NCBI GenBank assembly: GCA_963845205.1 | Contig: CAWJRC010000004.1 | Coordinates: 185,724-249,723, forward strand | Length of the DNA stretch: 64,000 nt | From: an uncultured archaeon | GTDB lineage: Archaea; Nanobdellota; Nanobdellia; Pacearchaeales; GW2011-AR1 | Direction of reading: 5' to 3' | In this document: positions 55,876 through 64,000 of the stretch, piece after piece | How positions within the stretch are numbered: position 1 is the stretch's first letter | Layout: each line of letters begins with the position of its first letter | The notes under the pieces: model-generated | Seen by the model: the letters and a program-made list of their open reading frames with translations, nothing else | Database searches by the model: none | Told to the model about the DNA's origin: nothing | Program-made: the position numbers and the translations under genes

Positions 55876-56742
55876 ATGGATATTGAAAAACTAAAAAGTG
55901 AAAAAACAATAAAAGAGCTTCTTGAATTTGGAATTATAAATTTCGACAAACCGGCAGACTGTACAAGTTTTGACGTCGTGGATTTTGTGAGAAAAAAACT
56001 AAAATTAAGAAAAGCAAGTCATTTTGGAACACTAGACCCCATGGTTACAGGTGTTTTGCCTATCGCATTGAACAGGGCAGTAAAACTCAGCGGATTTTTT
56101 ATCGGAGAAGACAAAGAATACGAAGGAACAATGATGATTCACGAAGATGTTTTCATTGAAAAAATCAGGGAAGTCATAAAAGAAAAATTTATCGGAAAAA
56201 TTATTCAGCTTCCTCCTGTAAAATCAAGAGTTAAGAGACAAGAAAGAGAAAGAGAAATAAAAAGATTTGAACTTCTTGAAAAAGAAGGGAAGAATATCTC
56301 TTTCATAGTCGAATGCCAAGGAGGAACTTACATAAGAAAATTAATTCATGATCTGGGGGAAGAAATGGGAATAGGCGCTCAGATGACTGACCTTAGAAGG
56401 TTGCGCGCAGGAATTTTTAAAGAACCTGAAAGCGTAAAAAAAGAAGATTTTGAAAAAGCTGCTGAAGAATATCAAAGGGGCAATGAAAAATTGTTAAGGA
56501 GAATAATAATCCCCGCAGAAATTGTCAGTGAGGTTTATCCCTCCGCAGAAATAAAAAAAGAGTATGTTGAAAAAATTTTTCATGGAGCTCCTGTTGATTA
56601 TAAATTTTTAATTAAGAAAAAAGAATTTGAGAAAGGGAAAATTATATGCCTTTTCGCCGAAGAAAGATTTGTAGGCATGTTTAAAGTGGTTAATGAAAAA
56701 GATATTTTTGCAAAGCCGGAGTTCGTATTACAGCCAATATGA
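55876..56742 (+). CDS. cbf5: H/ACA RNP pseudouridine synthase Cbf5 (TruB family + PUA)
   Basis: HFGTLDPMVTGVLPIAL catalytic Asp motif and a C-terminal PUA-like region. Confidence 0.9.
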   Translation: MDIEKLKSEKTIKELLEFGIINFDKPADCTSFDVVDFVRKKLKLRKASHFGTLDPMVTGVLPIALNRAVKLSGFFIGEDKEYEGTMMIHEDVFIEKIREVIKEKFIGKIIQLPPVKSRVKRQEREREIKRFELLEKEGKNISFIVECQGGTYIRKLIHDLGEEMGIGAQMTDLRRLRAGIFKEPESVKKEDFEKAAEEYQRGNEKLLRRIIIPAEIVSEVYPSAEIKKEYVEKIFHGAPVDYKFLIKKKEFEKGKIICLFAEERFVGMFKVVNEKDIFAKPEFVLQPI

Positions 56743-56776
56743 TAAGATTTTTAATTCAGAAATACATATATGACTA

Positions 56777-57481
56777 ATGAAAAAAGAGCCGTATATAAAA
56801 AAATTTGCAAAGATTTCTAATTTTACCGTATGGATTGTCGATGGTAAATATATAAGAGACAATATAGATATCGATTTTGTGACCTACGGACAACATTACA
56901 AATACAAATTTATTCCTAAAGATGAGTTCTGGATAGACAAAGAAAAATATCCTTGGGAAGCACATTTTTATCTAAAACCCTTGCTTGTAGAATACAAATT
57001 AATGTCAGAGGGAGTTAAGTATGAAGATGCTATGGACAGAGCGAATATAGCAGAATACAAAGAGAGGTCGATATCAGAAGTGGAAAATAAAAGAATAAAG
57101 ATAAGGAAAAGAGTAAAAGAGATCGGAGAATTGGCACATAAAAGATTATTAAAAGAATACAGCAAAAAAGTTAAAGTCTGGATCGTCGATGGAGAATTAG
57201 TAAGAGATTTGTTTTCTGTGGATTTTAAAAAGGGAGGACATGACAAATGTTATTCTTTTATTCCGAAAAATGAAATCTGGATTGATAATGAAGTAGAAAC
57301 AGATGAGATTAAATTTATTTTAATCCATGAAATGCATGAGAGAAAACTTATGGCTAAAGGAATGGCGTACCTTCCTGCACATAAGGATTCAAACAAAATA
57401 GAAGCTTATTGCAGAGAACATCCCGAAGAGATTGATAAAAAATTAAAAGAAGAAATTAAAGAAAATAGGAAGATAAAATGA
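56777..57481 (+). CDS. internally duplicated protein with one HExxH motif
   Basis: Two repeats of about 85 aa (VWIVDG..[IV]RD...[ID]F...FIPK[DN]E.WID). Only the second has HEMHE, where the first has PLLVE. Confidence 0.5.
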   Translation: MKKEPYIKKFAKISNFTVWIVDGKYIRDNIDIDFVTYGQHYKYKFIPKDEFWIDKEKYPWEAHFYLKPLLVEYKLMSEGVKYEDAMDRANIAEYKERSISEVENKRIKIRKRVKEIGELAHKRLLKEYSKKVKVWIVDGELVRDLFSVDFKKGGHDKCYSFIPKNEIWIDNEVETDEIKFILIHEMHERKLMAKGMAYLPAHKDSNKIEAYCREHPEEIDKKLKEEIKENRKIK

Positions 57482-58059
57482 GGGAGTTCGTTTATTTTTC
57501 AAGCAATGCGGTAACATCAGGAAATGCTCTTTCAGAAGGACTGATGAAAGCGGGAAGAATGGATATTGCAATTCATAGTTTTATACAGGGCGTTTTTTTA
57601 TCGCATGGATTCAGAAAAGATACAAAATTCCATTTCATTTTTTATGGACAACCCGATCCCCCAAAACATATTGAAATACAGGTAACTGATGAACTTGAAA
57701 TAAGCAAAAAAGATGTGGGAAACATGATAAAAAAAATTTTATACAAATACAAGCAAGGAAAAAAGACAGAAGTTATGCCAGGATGTTTTGTTGAGAAGAA
57801 AAGTTTCCTTGATGTGATAGAAGATTTAAGAGAAGAAGATAAAGAAATTTATATTCTAGACAGAAAAGGAGAGGATATAAGGAAAGCAGAAATTAAAGAC
57901 AATTGTGTGTTTATTTTGGGAGATCAAGAAGGGCTCCCAAAAAAAGAATTGAGAAGATTGAAGGAGATAGCAACTCCTGTCTCTATCGGAAATACAATGT
58001 ATTTTGCATCTCAGACAGTTGCTGTTGTTAACAATGAACTAGATTACAGGGGAATTTAA
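57478..58059 (+). CDS. trmY: tRNA (pseudouridine54-N1)-methyltransferase TrmY (SPOUT, DUF358)
   Basis: MREFVYFSSNAVTSG...GRMDIAIHSFIQGVFLSHGFRKD signature. ATGA-coupled to the upstream gene. Confidence 0.7.
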   Translation: MREFVYFSSNAVTSGNALSEGLMKAGRMDIAIHSFIQGVFLSHGFRKDTKFHFIFYGQPDPPKHIEIQVTDELEISKKDVGNMIKKILYKYKQGKKTEVMPGCFVEKKSFLDVIEDLREEDKEIYILDRKGEDIRKAEIKDNCVFILGDQEGLPKKELRRLKEIATPVSIGNTMYFASQTVAVVNNELDYRGI

Positions 58060-58108
58060 TAGATATTAATCCAAATCTTTAAAACCTATTTTTACTTTTA
58101 TTAGTTGA

Positions 58109-58384
58109 ATGAAAAAGGCAGTTAGATTGTATATAACCGGCAGCGTGCAAGGAATTTTTTTCAGGCAATTTGTAAAAGAAAATGCAGAAAAAAATGATAT
58201 TAAAGGGTTTGTAAGAAATCTTGAAGACGGTAGAGTTGAAGTTTTCATTGAAGGGGATTTGGAAAATGTAGACAAGATGATTGAACTGTGCAAAAAAGGG
58301 CCTAAACATTCTCAGATTAGAAATGTTGAAGTTAAAGAAGAAAAATTTCAGGGGCTGAAAGAGTTTAAAATTTTGCATATTTAA
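58109..58384 (+). CDS. acyP: acylphosphatase
   Basis: ITGSVQGIFFRQFV...GFVRNLEDGRVEV signature. Confidence 0.85.
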   Translation: MKKAVRLYITGSVQGIFFRQFVKENAEKNDIKGFVRNLEDGRVEVFIEGDLENVDKMIELCKKGPKHSQIRNVEVKEEKFQGLKEFKILHI

Positions 58385-58385
58385 A

Positions 58386-58790
58386 ATGATATACACAAAT
58401 TCAGACGGAGGTGCTAGAGGAAATCCAGGACCAGGAGCAATCGGAGTTATTATAAGGGATAATGAAAAAATTCTTACAAAATATTCTTCAAAAATTGGGG
58501 AATTTGTCACAAATAATATTGCTGAATATGAAGCACTGATTAAGGCCTTAGAACTTGCATCCAAGTATACAAATGACGAACTGACTTGTGTCCTTGACTC
58601 CGAATTAGTTGTAAATCAACTTCTTGGAAAATATAAAGTAAGAAATCAAAATCTTCTTCCGTTGTTTTTGAAAGTTCAAAAGCTACAAGAAAGTTTTAAG
58701 AAAATAAAATATCAGCATGTTTCACGCTGGGACAAATTTCAGGTAATTGTTGATGGATTACTGAATGATGAATTAGATAAAGATTATTAA
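58386..58790 (+). CDS. rnhA: ribonuclease HI
   Basis: SDGGARGNPGPGAIGVII...NNIAEYEALIKALELA...D active-site pattern. Confidence 0.85.
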   Translation: MIYTNSDGGARGNPGPGAIGVIIRDNEKILTKYSSKIGEFVTNNIAEYEALIKALELASKYTNDELTCVLDSELVVNQLLGKYKVRNQNLLPLFLKVQKLQESFKKIKYQHVSRWDKFQVIVDGLLNDELDKDY

Positions 58791-58792
58791 TT

Positions 58793-59023
58793 TTAAAGTC
58801 CAAGCAACTTGTATACCAACAATGCTGGCCAGACTAAAGCTTTCAGAACTCCAACTACCCCTTGCCAGAAGGTATAAGATTGCTGAAGATAATAAACTGC
58901 TGCTCCAATAAAACCTAAGAAGTAAACTCCACCGCAAGCATGATGGTGATGACAATGACACTTTTTATCTTTCATTTTATCTTCTTTATCACGCTTAGCA
59001 ATATTTCTCTTTTTAGCAGGCAT
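58793..59023 (-). CDS. small membrane protein with CHCHHHHAC cluster
   Basis: 76 aa with a basic N-terminus, a Cys/His run and two TM helices (GGVYFLGFIGAAVYY...). Confidence 0.5.
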   Translation of the reverse strand: MPAKKRNIAKRDKEDKMKDKKCHCHHHHACGGVYFLGFIGAAVYYLQQSYTFWQGVVGVLKALVWPALLVYKLLGL

Positions 59024-59096
59024 TTTATATTATAGATATTATCTTATTTAAAGTTTTCTAAGTTAAATATATAAATTAATTCTCTTTATTACAGAC

Positions 59097-60557
59097 ATGG
59101 GACGCGAAGATCAGATTACCAATGAGAGAATAAGAAAAATAAAAGAGCTCGAAAAAGAAAAAATTGATGTTTATCCAAGCAAATTTGAAAAAAAGAATCT
59201 CGTTGAGGAATGCCTGAAGGCCAAACTTGGAACAAAGATTAAAACAGCCGGCAGATTAATCACGAAAAGAGATTTGGGCAAAATTGCTTTTGCTAAATTA
59301 AGAGACGGAACAGGAGACATTCAACTATTTTTCCAGGAAGAAAAAACTCCTGAGAAAATTTTTAATTTCTTTAAAAAATATATTGATGCTGGAGATTTTA
59401 CGGGGGTCGAAGGAGAGATTATAAAAACAAAAACAGGAGAGATTTCAATTCTTGTAAAAAAAATTGAAATATTAAGCAAAGCTATCTTACCGCTGCCTGA
59501 AAAATTTCATGGAATTCAGGATGAAGAAGAAAGATTAAGAAAAAGATATCTGGACATTATTATGAATCCGGAAGTGAAAGAACTTTTTGTAAAGAAAGCA
59601 AAATTCTGGCAGACAACTAGAAATTTCTTAATCGAAAAAGGATTTTTGGAAGTTGAAACTCCTGTTCTAGAAACTTCTGCAGGAGGAGCAGCGGCGACTC
59701 CATTCAAGACACATCATAATGCACTTAACACAGATGTTTATCTAAGAATTTCTATGGGGGAATTGTGGCAGAAAAAATTAATGGTAGCTGGCTATGAAAA
59801 AACATTTGAAATTGGAAGACAGTTCAGAAATGAAGGAATGGACATGGAACATTTGCAGGATTACACACAGATGGAATTTTATTGGGCTTACGCTGATTAC
59901 AAAGATGGGATGAAATTAGCGGAAGAATTATACAAAAAATTGGCCAAGGAAATTTTAGGGAAATTAAAATTTGAAACTCATGGATTTGAAGTAGATCTAG
60001 GGAAAAAATGGGAAACTTATGATTACAAGGATCTAATAAAAAATAAGACAGGAATTGATATTTACAAAGATGATGAAGCGAAAATAAAAAAGAAACTTGA
60101 TTCATTGAAAATGGAGTATGAAAAGAAAGTTGACAAGTGGAGACTTATTGACATTCTTTGGAAATATTGCAGGAAATCAATTTCAGGACCCGGATTTCTG
60201 GTTAATCAGCCAGTTGAACTTGCACCTTTAGCAAAAAGAAATCCAGAAGATAAAAAAGTTGTACAACAATTTCAAGTTATAATCGCAGGAACAGAAATGG
60301 GAAACGGCTATTCTGAACTAAATGATCCGATAGATCAAGAAGAAAGATTTAAAGAGCAGATGGAAAAAAAGAAAAAAGGGGACACAGAAAGCATGGAACA
60401 TGACAAAAGTTTTGTTGAAGCATTGAGATACGGAATGCCTCCAACATGCGGTTTTGGTTTTTCAGAAAGATTATTTTCTTATTTAGTTGATAAACCAGTT
60501 AGAGAATGCGTTATCTTCCCATTGATGAAACCAGAGGGAAAAATAAATGATAGTTAA
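59097..60557 (+). CDS. lysS: lysyl-tRNA synthetase, class II
   Basis: N-terminal OB domain, class II motif 2 FRNEGMDMEHLQDYTQMEFYWAY, and motif 3 region GFGFSERL. Confidence 0.95.
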   Translation: MGREDQITNERIRKIKELEKEKIDVYPSKFEKKNLVEECLKAKLGTKIKTAGRLITKRDLGKIAFAKLRDGTGDIQLFFQEEKTPEKIFNFFKKYIDAGDFTGVEGEIIKTKTGEISILVKKIEILSKAILPLPEKFHGIQDEEERLRKRYLDIIMNPEVKELFVKKAKFWQTTRNFLIEKGFLEVETPVLETSAGGAAATPFKTHHNALNTDVYLRISMGELWQKKLMVAGYEKTFEIGRQFRNEGMDMEHLQDYTQMEFYWAYADYKDGMKLAEELYKKLAKEILGKLKFETHGFEVDLGKKWETYDYKDLIKNKTGIDIYKDDEAKIKKKLDSLKMEYEKKVDKWRLIDILWKYCRKSISGPGFLVNQPVELAPLAKRNPEDKKVVQQFQVIIAGTEMGNGYSELNDPIDQEERFKEQMEKKKKGDTESMEHDKSFVEALRYGMPPTCGFGFSERLFSYLVDKPVRECVIFPLMKPEGKINDS

Positions 60558-61026
60558 AATTGATCCTCAAAAAATTCCGTTGAATATAGACTCTCCAAAA
60601 TTTTGTTGCATGCCCTACCCTAATCATCCGAAAGGCTGCCCAAACTATGGAAAAAAGGATGGATGCCCGCCAAATGTTTCTATGCTTAATGAAATCCTAA
60701 ATTTCAACAAAGAGGCTTACTTGATCTATACAGATTTTGACATGGGGGATCATACTAAAAAGATGAGGGAGATTCATCCAGATTGGAGCGAGAGACAAAT
60801 TTATTGCTGTCTTTATTGGCAACCAAAGGCAAGAAAATTGCACAGGCAAGAAGAAGAAAAATGCAAGAAAGAAAAAAAGATAGACTTAGTATTACCTTCT
60901 CCAGAAGCTATGAATGTTAATGTAACTTCATTAATGAAAAAAATCGGAGTTAATTTGGAATGGCCACCGAAAAAGATTACAAGATTAGTCTCGTTAGGAG
61001 GATATCAAAATGGGAATAATAATTAA
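60547..61026 (+). CDS. Cys-rich (CCMPYPNHPKGCPNYGKKDGCPP) putative metal-binding protein
   Basis: 159-aa ORF. The Cys pattern is reminiscent of DUF2284-type proteins, which I could not verify. Confidence 0.4.
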   Translation: MIVKIDPQKIPLNIDSPKFCCMPYPNHPKGCPNYGKKDGCPPNVSMLNEILNFNKEAYLIYTDFDMGDHTKKMREIHPDWSERQIYCCLYWQPKARKLHRQEEEKCKKEKKIDLVLPSPEAMNVNVTSLMKKIGVNLEWPPKKITRLVSLGGYQNGNNN

Positions 61027-61195
61027 ATCAAACATAAGACCATTAGTAAAAGATCTTGACAAAGACGGCTCTATTTCCAGCGTAGCTGATGAAGTTGAGA
61101 CAGCACTTGAAAGAAAAGTGGAAAATATTTTAAGTGATGCAATAAAGAGAGCTAAAGAAAATAAGAGAAGAACCTTGCAGGCAAGAGATTTGTAA
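61010..61195 (+). CDS. histone-fold-like small protein (DUF1931-like)
   Basis: 61 aa. SSVADEVETALERKVENILSDAIKRAKENKRRTLQARDL resembles the single histone-fold pattern. Confidence 0.45.
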   Translation: MGIIIKSNIRPLVKDLDKDGSISSVADEVETALERKVENILSDAIKRAKENKRRTLQARDL

Positions 61196-61227
61196 AAAAA
61201 TATAAACTTCTTTAAATAATCAGTTTT

Positions 61228-61650
61228 ATGCCGACAAAAAAAGAATTATCCCAAAGAGGGAAAAAAAATCGAGCAGGAGGCCAGAGATTTGAGGCCAAAG
61301 TTAGGCAAGATTTGGAGGATATGGGTTGGGTTGTAAGCAAGTGGATGAATACGGTGGATTATGAAAAAAATAAAATTGTTCCCGCAAAAAGAAAGTATAA
61401 TCCTTTTTCAAAGGTTTTGACCATCGGAACAGGGTTTCCAGACTTTATTTGTTTTAAGAGAAATGAAAATGGTTTTGAGGTTATAGGTTTAGAAGTTAAA
61501 GGGAATGGTTATTTAGACCAGATAGAAAGAGGAATGTGCTTTTGGCTGTTAAAAAATAACATTTTTTCCAAAATTTTAATTGCGTCAAAATCAAAAGAAA
61601 GAGGAAAAATAGAATACAAAGATTTCGAAAATAAGTACAGTAAAACTTAA
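61228..61650 (+). CDS. Hjc-like PD-(D/E)xK nuclease (Holliday junction resolvase-like)
   Basis: GQRFEAKV (E), PDFICF (D) and LEVK (ExK) occur in Hjc order, with an insertion between the first two. Confidence 0.5.
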   Translation: MPTKKELSQRGKKNRAGGQRFEAKVRQDLEDMGWVVSKWMNTVDYEKNKIVPAKRKYNPFSKVLTIGTGFPDFICFKRNENGFEVIGLEVKGNGYLDQIERGMCFWLLKNNIFSKILIASKSKERGKIEYKDFENKYSKT

Positions 61651-61695
61651 AACGGCAGATTCTTTTTAATTTTATTAAAGAAAAGGAAATACAAA

Positions 61696-62190
61696 ATGAG
61701 TTTAACAGACAAGAAGATAGATGCTGTATTTATACTAGAAATTTTAGGCAGGCCCCCTGAATTTTTGATTTCAACTCTGAATGACCTAATAAAAAAGATG
61801 GGGGAAGAAAAAGGGATCAAGATAAAGGAGTCAAAGATAAATACTCCTGTGCTCCTAAAAGATCAGAAAGACTTTTACACAAGTTTTGCGGAGATTGAAT
61901 TTGAAGCAGAAACCATGCTTAATGTTGTAATCCTTATGTTCAAGTATATGCCTGCACATGTCGAAATTATTTCTCCTCAAAATGCTTCAATGACAAATGC
62001 CGAATGGGGCGATATTCTAAGTGAATTGACAAGAAGACTCCATGGATATGAAGAGATTGCTAGAATCATGCAAAATGAAAAAATAATTTTAGAAAATAAA
62101 TTACGAGAGGTAATGGAAATTAAAAAGGGCAAGGAAGAAACCAGAAAAGAGGAAAAAGTAATAAAAAGCAAAAAGAGCAAGAAGAAATGA
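61696..62190 (+). CDS. hypothetical protein
   Basis: 164-aa ORF with a K/E-rich tail. Confidence 0.45.
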   Translation: MSLTDKKIDAVFILEILGRPPEFLISTLNDLIKKMGEEKGIKIKESKINTPVLLKDQKDFYTSFAEIEFEAETMLNVVILMFKYMPAHVEIISPQNASMTNAEWGDILSELTRRLHGYEEIARIMQNEKIILENKLREVMEIKKGKEETRKEEKVIKSKKSKKK

Positions 62191-62396
62191 TTAGAGAAAT
62201 AAGCCCAGTTTTAACCTCATATACAGTATACTTTAACCGAATTCCCGAAAGAAATTCTGATTTAAAAAAAGCAGAAGAAAATGATGAAATGAAGAAATTT
62301 TTTGAAAAAGAAAAAGAAAAAGTTCATCCAATTTATAATTCTCAAGGAAAGATCATAAGATATAACAATGGAAGAAAACTTGATATTTTAGTTTAA
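62187..62396 (+). CDS. hypothetical mini-protein, ATGA-coupled
   Basis: 69-aa ORF whose start overlaps the upstream stop. Confidence 0.35.
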   Translation: MIREISPVLTSYTVYFNRIPERNSDLKKAEENDEMKKFFEKEKEKVHPIYNSQGKIIRYNNGRKLDILV

Positions 62397-63814
62397 TACT
62401 TCTTTCCCTTAGCAATCTTTGCAAAATCAACAGGCTTTTTTGCTTTCTTATATTTCGCTAGATAGAACCAAAGCAGAAATCCTATTATAAGGACAATAAG
62501 AATTATCGCAATTATTGTCCCAGAACTTCCGGCCTGAGTTGCTGAATTGCAAGTTCCTAAACAACAAACATTATCTGTAGCATAAACCGGCTGTTCGCTG
62601 CATTGTTCATCTGAAGTACAAACTGTCCCATTCAATTCTGCGCATGTTTCTGCATAAGTGCTTCCATTTGAAACTGCTGAATTATTTGAGATGGTCAAAT
62701 TATTGTTTGTAAAATTTATTGATAATAAAGAAGAAGCTTCATTCCCATTTTCGTCTATTGCTGTAAGATTCCCATCTATGTTTGCTTCTGTTGTAGAGAA
62801 AAGAGATAAATCAATTGGAACATTGGAATTTGCACCAAGGCTATTTATTTCTGTCTCAGAAATGTTTACAAAAGGAGAAATTGAATTATCCAGAATCAAG
62901 GAGATATTATCAATCTCGGTATTTCCGTTATTGTAAAGATAAACTACTTCATTGTCTGTTGTGTTCATTGGCAATGAAAGAGTAAAGTTTGAAGGAATGA
63001 AATAAAAATTTTCTGGAGAAATTTCTGTTGTTCCGGTGTAAACATAAACTGGGACTTCATAAGTTATTCCCTCATCCGGAGATGCAGAGGTAGTATTTGA
63101 GGTATTTGAAGTAACATTTGATTGGTTGCAATTTCCCAAAAAGAAACAAAATATTGAATCGGGTATTGAAGTTAAATTTAAAGAAGAATTTGAATTTGAA
63201 CCTGTTTCAGTTGTAAGTTCAATTTCCTGAAATGTCGGTTCTCCAGGTCCAACCTGAAAATTAATTGTTTTTATTTCTCCGGAATTTACTGTTACAAAAT
63301 CTTCATTTGATCCTTCGACAAATATTTCTCTGCCTGATGAATTTGTTTCTGTCTGCACATAAATAGTTATCTGGTTATTAAGAAGATTTTGCACTTGAAG
63401 TGAAAAATTATCTGAAGTTACGATAAAGCCGGGATTAACTGAAAAATCTGCTGTCGAATTAGTAATTGAAAAATTTTGTACTATATTATCACTATCGACT
63501 CCTGCACCATTCATATATTTTATATTCTGTATTGAAATTGAATAATCATTACTTGGAGTTTTTCCAGTTGTAAGGGCATAAATGTAATAATCTCCATTAA
63601 TGTTTGTAATATCATAGTTCATAGGTATAGGAATATGTCCTGCCCGATAAAAGAAAATGTTATCTTTTGTTATGGGGGTAAGAAAATTACCTGAAAGGTG
63701 CGCAAATATTGTTTCTCCCTGCTCAAAACTGCTATTCATATCAAACTCGACTGCAGAAATTAATGGCATAAAAAACAAAAACAAAGCCAATAAAACTATT
63801 ATCTCTTTTTTCAT
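62393..63814 (-). CDS. secreted, C-terminally anchored surface protein rich in N-x-S/T sequons
   Basis: N-terminal signal/TM (LLALFLFFMPLISA), many NxS/T sites, a Cys-rich module before the C-terminal TM, and a basic tail. Confidence 0.6.
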   Translation of the reverse strand: MKKEIIVLLALFLFFMPLISAVEFDMNSSFEQGETIFAHLSGNFLTPITKDNIFFYRAGHIPIPMNYDITNINGDYYIYALTTGKTPSNDYSISIQNIKYMNGAGVDSDNIVQNFSITNSTADFSVNPGFIVTSDNFSLQVQNLLNNQITIYVQTETNSSGREIFVEGSNEDFVTVNSGEIKTINFQVGPGEPTFQEIELTTETGSNSNSSLNLTSIPDSIFCFFLGNCNQSNVTSNTSNTTSASPDEGITYEVPVYVYTGTTEISPENFYFIPSNFTLSLPMNTTDNEVVYLYNNGNTEIDNISLILDNSISPFVNISETEINSLGANSNVPIDLSLFSTTEANIDGNLTAIDENGNEASSLLSINFTNNNLTISNNSAVSNGSTYAETCAELNGTVCTSDEQCSEQPVYATDNVCCLGTCNSATQAGSSGTIIAIILIVLIIGFLLWFYLAKYKKAKKPVDFAKIAKGKKY

Positions 63815-63876
63815 GGATAATAAAAAACGGAGTAGTTAATAAATTTATTTCTTAGAAAAATTGTAACTTACTTTAT

Positions 63877-64000
63877 CTAATTCTCAAAGTTTTTTATTTT
63901 TAAATTTTCAGCAAAGTTTCTTGCATTTTCTATATCTTTTTTATTAGGATGCCCTTTACTTAGTCCACCAAAGAATTGAAAGGGTCCAAAAGTATCCCAT
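63877..64000 (-). CDS. 3' end of a CDS that continues beyond the window
   Basis: Open frame reading ...DTFGPFQFFGGLSKGHPNKKDIENARNFAENLKIKNFEN* from the window edge. Confidence 0.3.
   Translation of the reverse strand, partial: WDTFGPFQFFGGLSKGHPNKKDIENARNFAENLKIKNFEN

Noticed and set aside
58066-58564. 75-aa and 161-aa minus-strand ORFs
   Set aside because: They are antisense to the well-supported acylphosphatase and RNase HI genes.

Overview
AT-rich, very gene-dense archaeal chromosome segment. Neighbouring genes often overlap by ATGA, and many first genes sit about 25-30 nt downstream of a TTTATAAA-type TATA box, so they are probably leaderless. The content is dominated by archaeal information-processing genes: CCA enzyme, aCPSF1, aRNase J, proteasome alpha/beta, Mre11-Rad50, and the exosome superoperon (Pop5-PsmA-SBDS-Rrp4-Rrp41-Rrp42-RpoK-enolase-uS2). 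It also holds a linked 16S-tRNA(Ala)-23S operon, RNase P RNA followed by tRNA(Phe), CysRS, class II LysRS, eS19-eL39-eL31, Cbf5, TrmY, RNase HI and an Hjc-like nuclease. Metabolism is sparse: two-subunit 2-oxoacid:ferredoxin oxidoreductase, a short enolase, GlmS and a form III-like RuBisCO. Together with the short 16S and short Rad50 this fits a small-genome DPANN-type archaeon; that assignment is inference, since no search was possible. Three accessory patches stand out. (1) A 3.24-kb transposon at 47851-51091 with perfect 15-bp terminal inverted repeats and a 9-bp target-site duplication. It carries a SWIM+DDE transposase and four passenger genes, including a Zn-ribbon-HEPN protein and an unlisted AbrB-like ORF, and two of its genes are preceded by a duplicated GGTACCATAA operator/TATA module. 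(2) An island between uS2 and the rRNA operon (23.2-27.1 kb). It holds a large metallophosphoesterase gene overlapping a nucleoside-deoxyribosyltransferase-like gene behind a perfect 24-bp palindrome, a stand-alone LigD-type 3'-phosphoesterase, and tandem Cys-rich mini-proteins. (3) A 58-aa ORF absent from the ORF track, wedged between rrp41 and rrp42 with ATGA overlaps at both ends. Other points are charged low-complexity tails on RpoK/uS2/eL39/eL31, a C1400U change in the 16S decoding centre, an RRM protein, and a radical-SAM-like protein with a CX10CX2C motif. All family names come from motif recognition by eye and need confirmation by HMM or structure searches.
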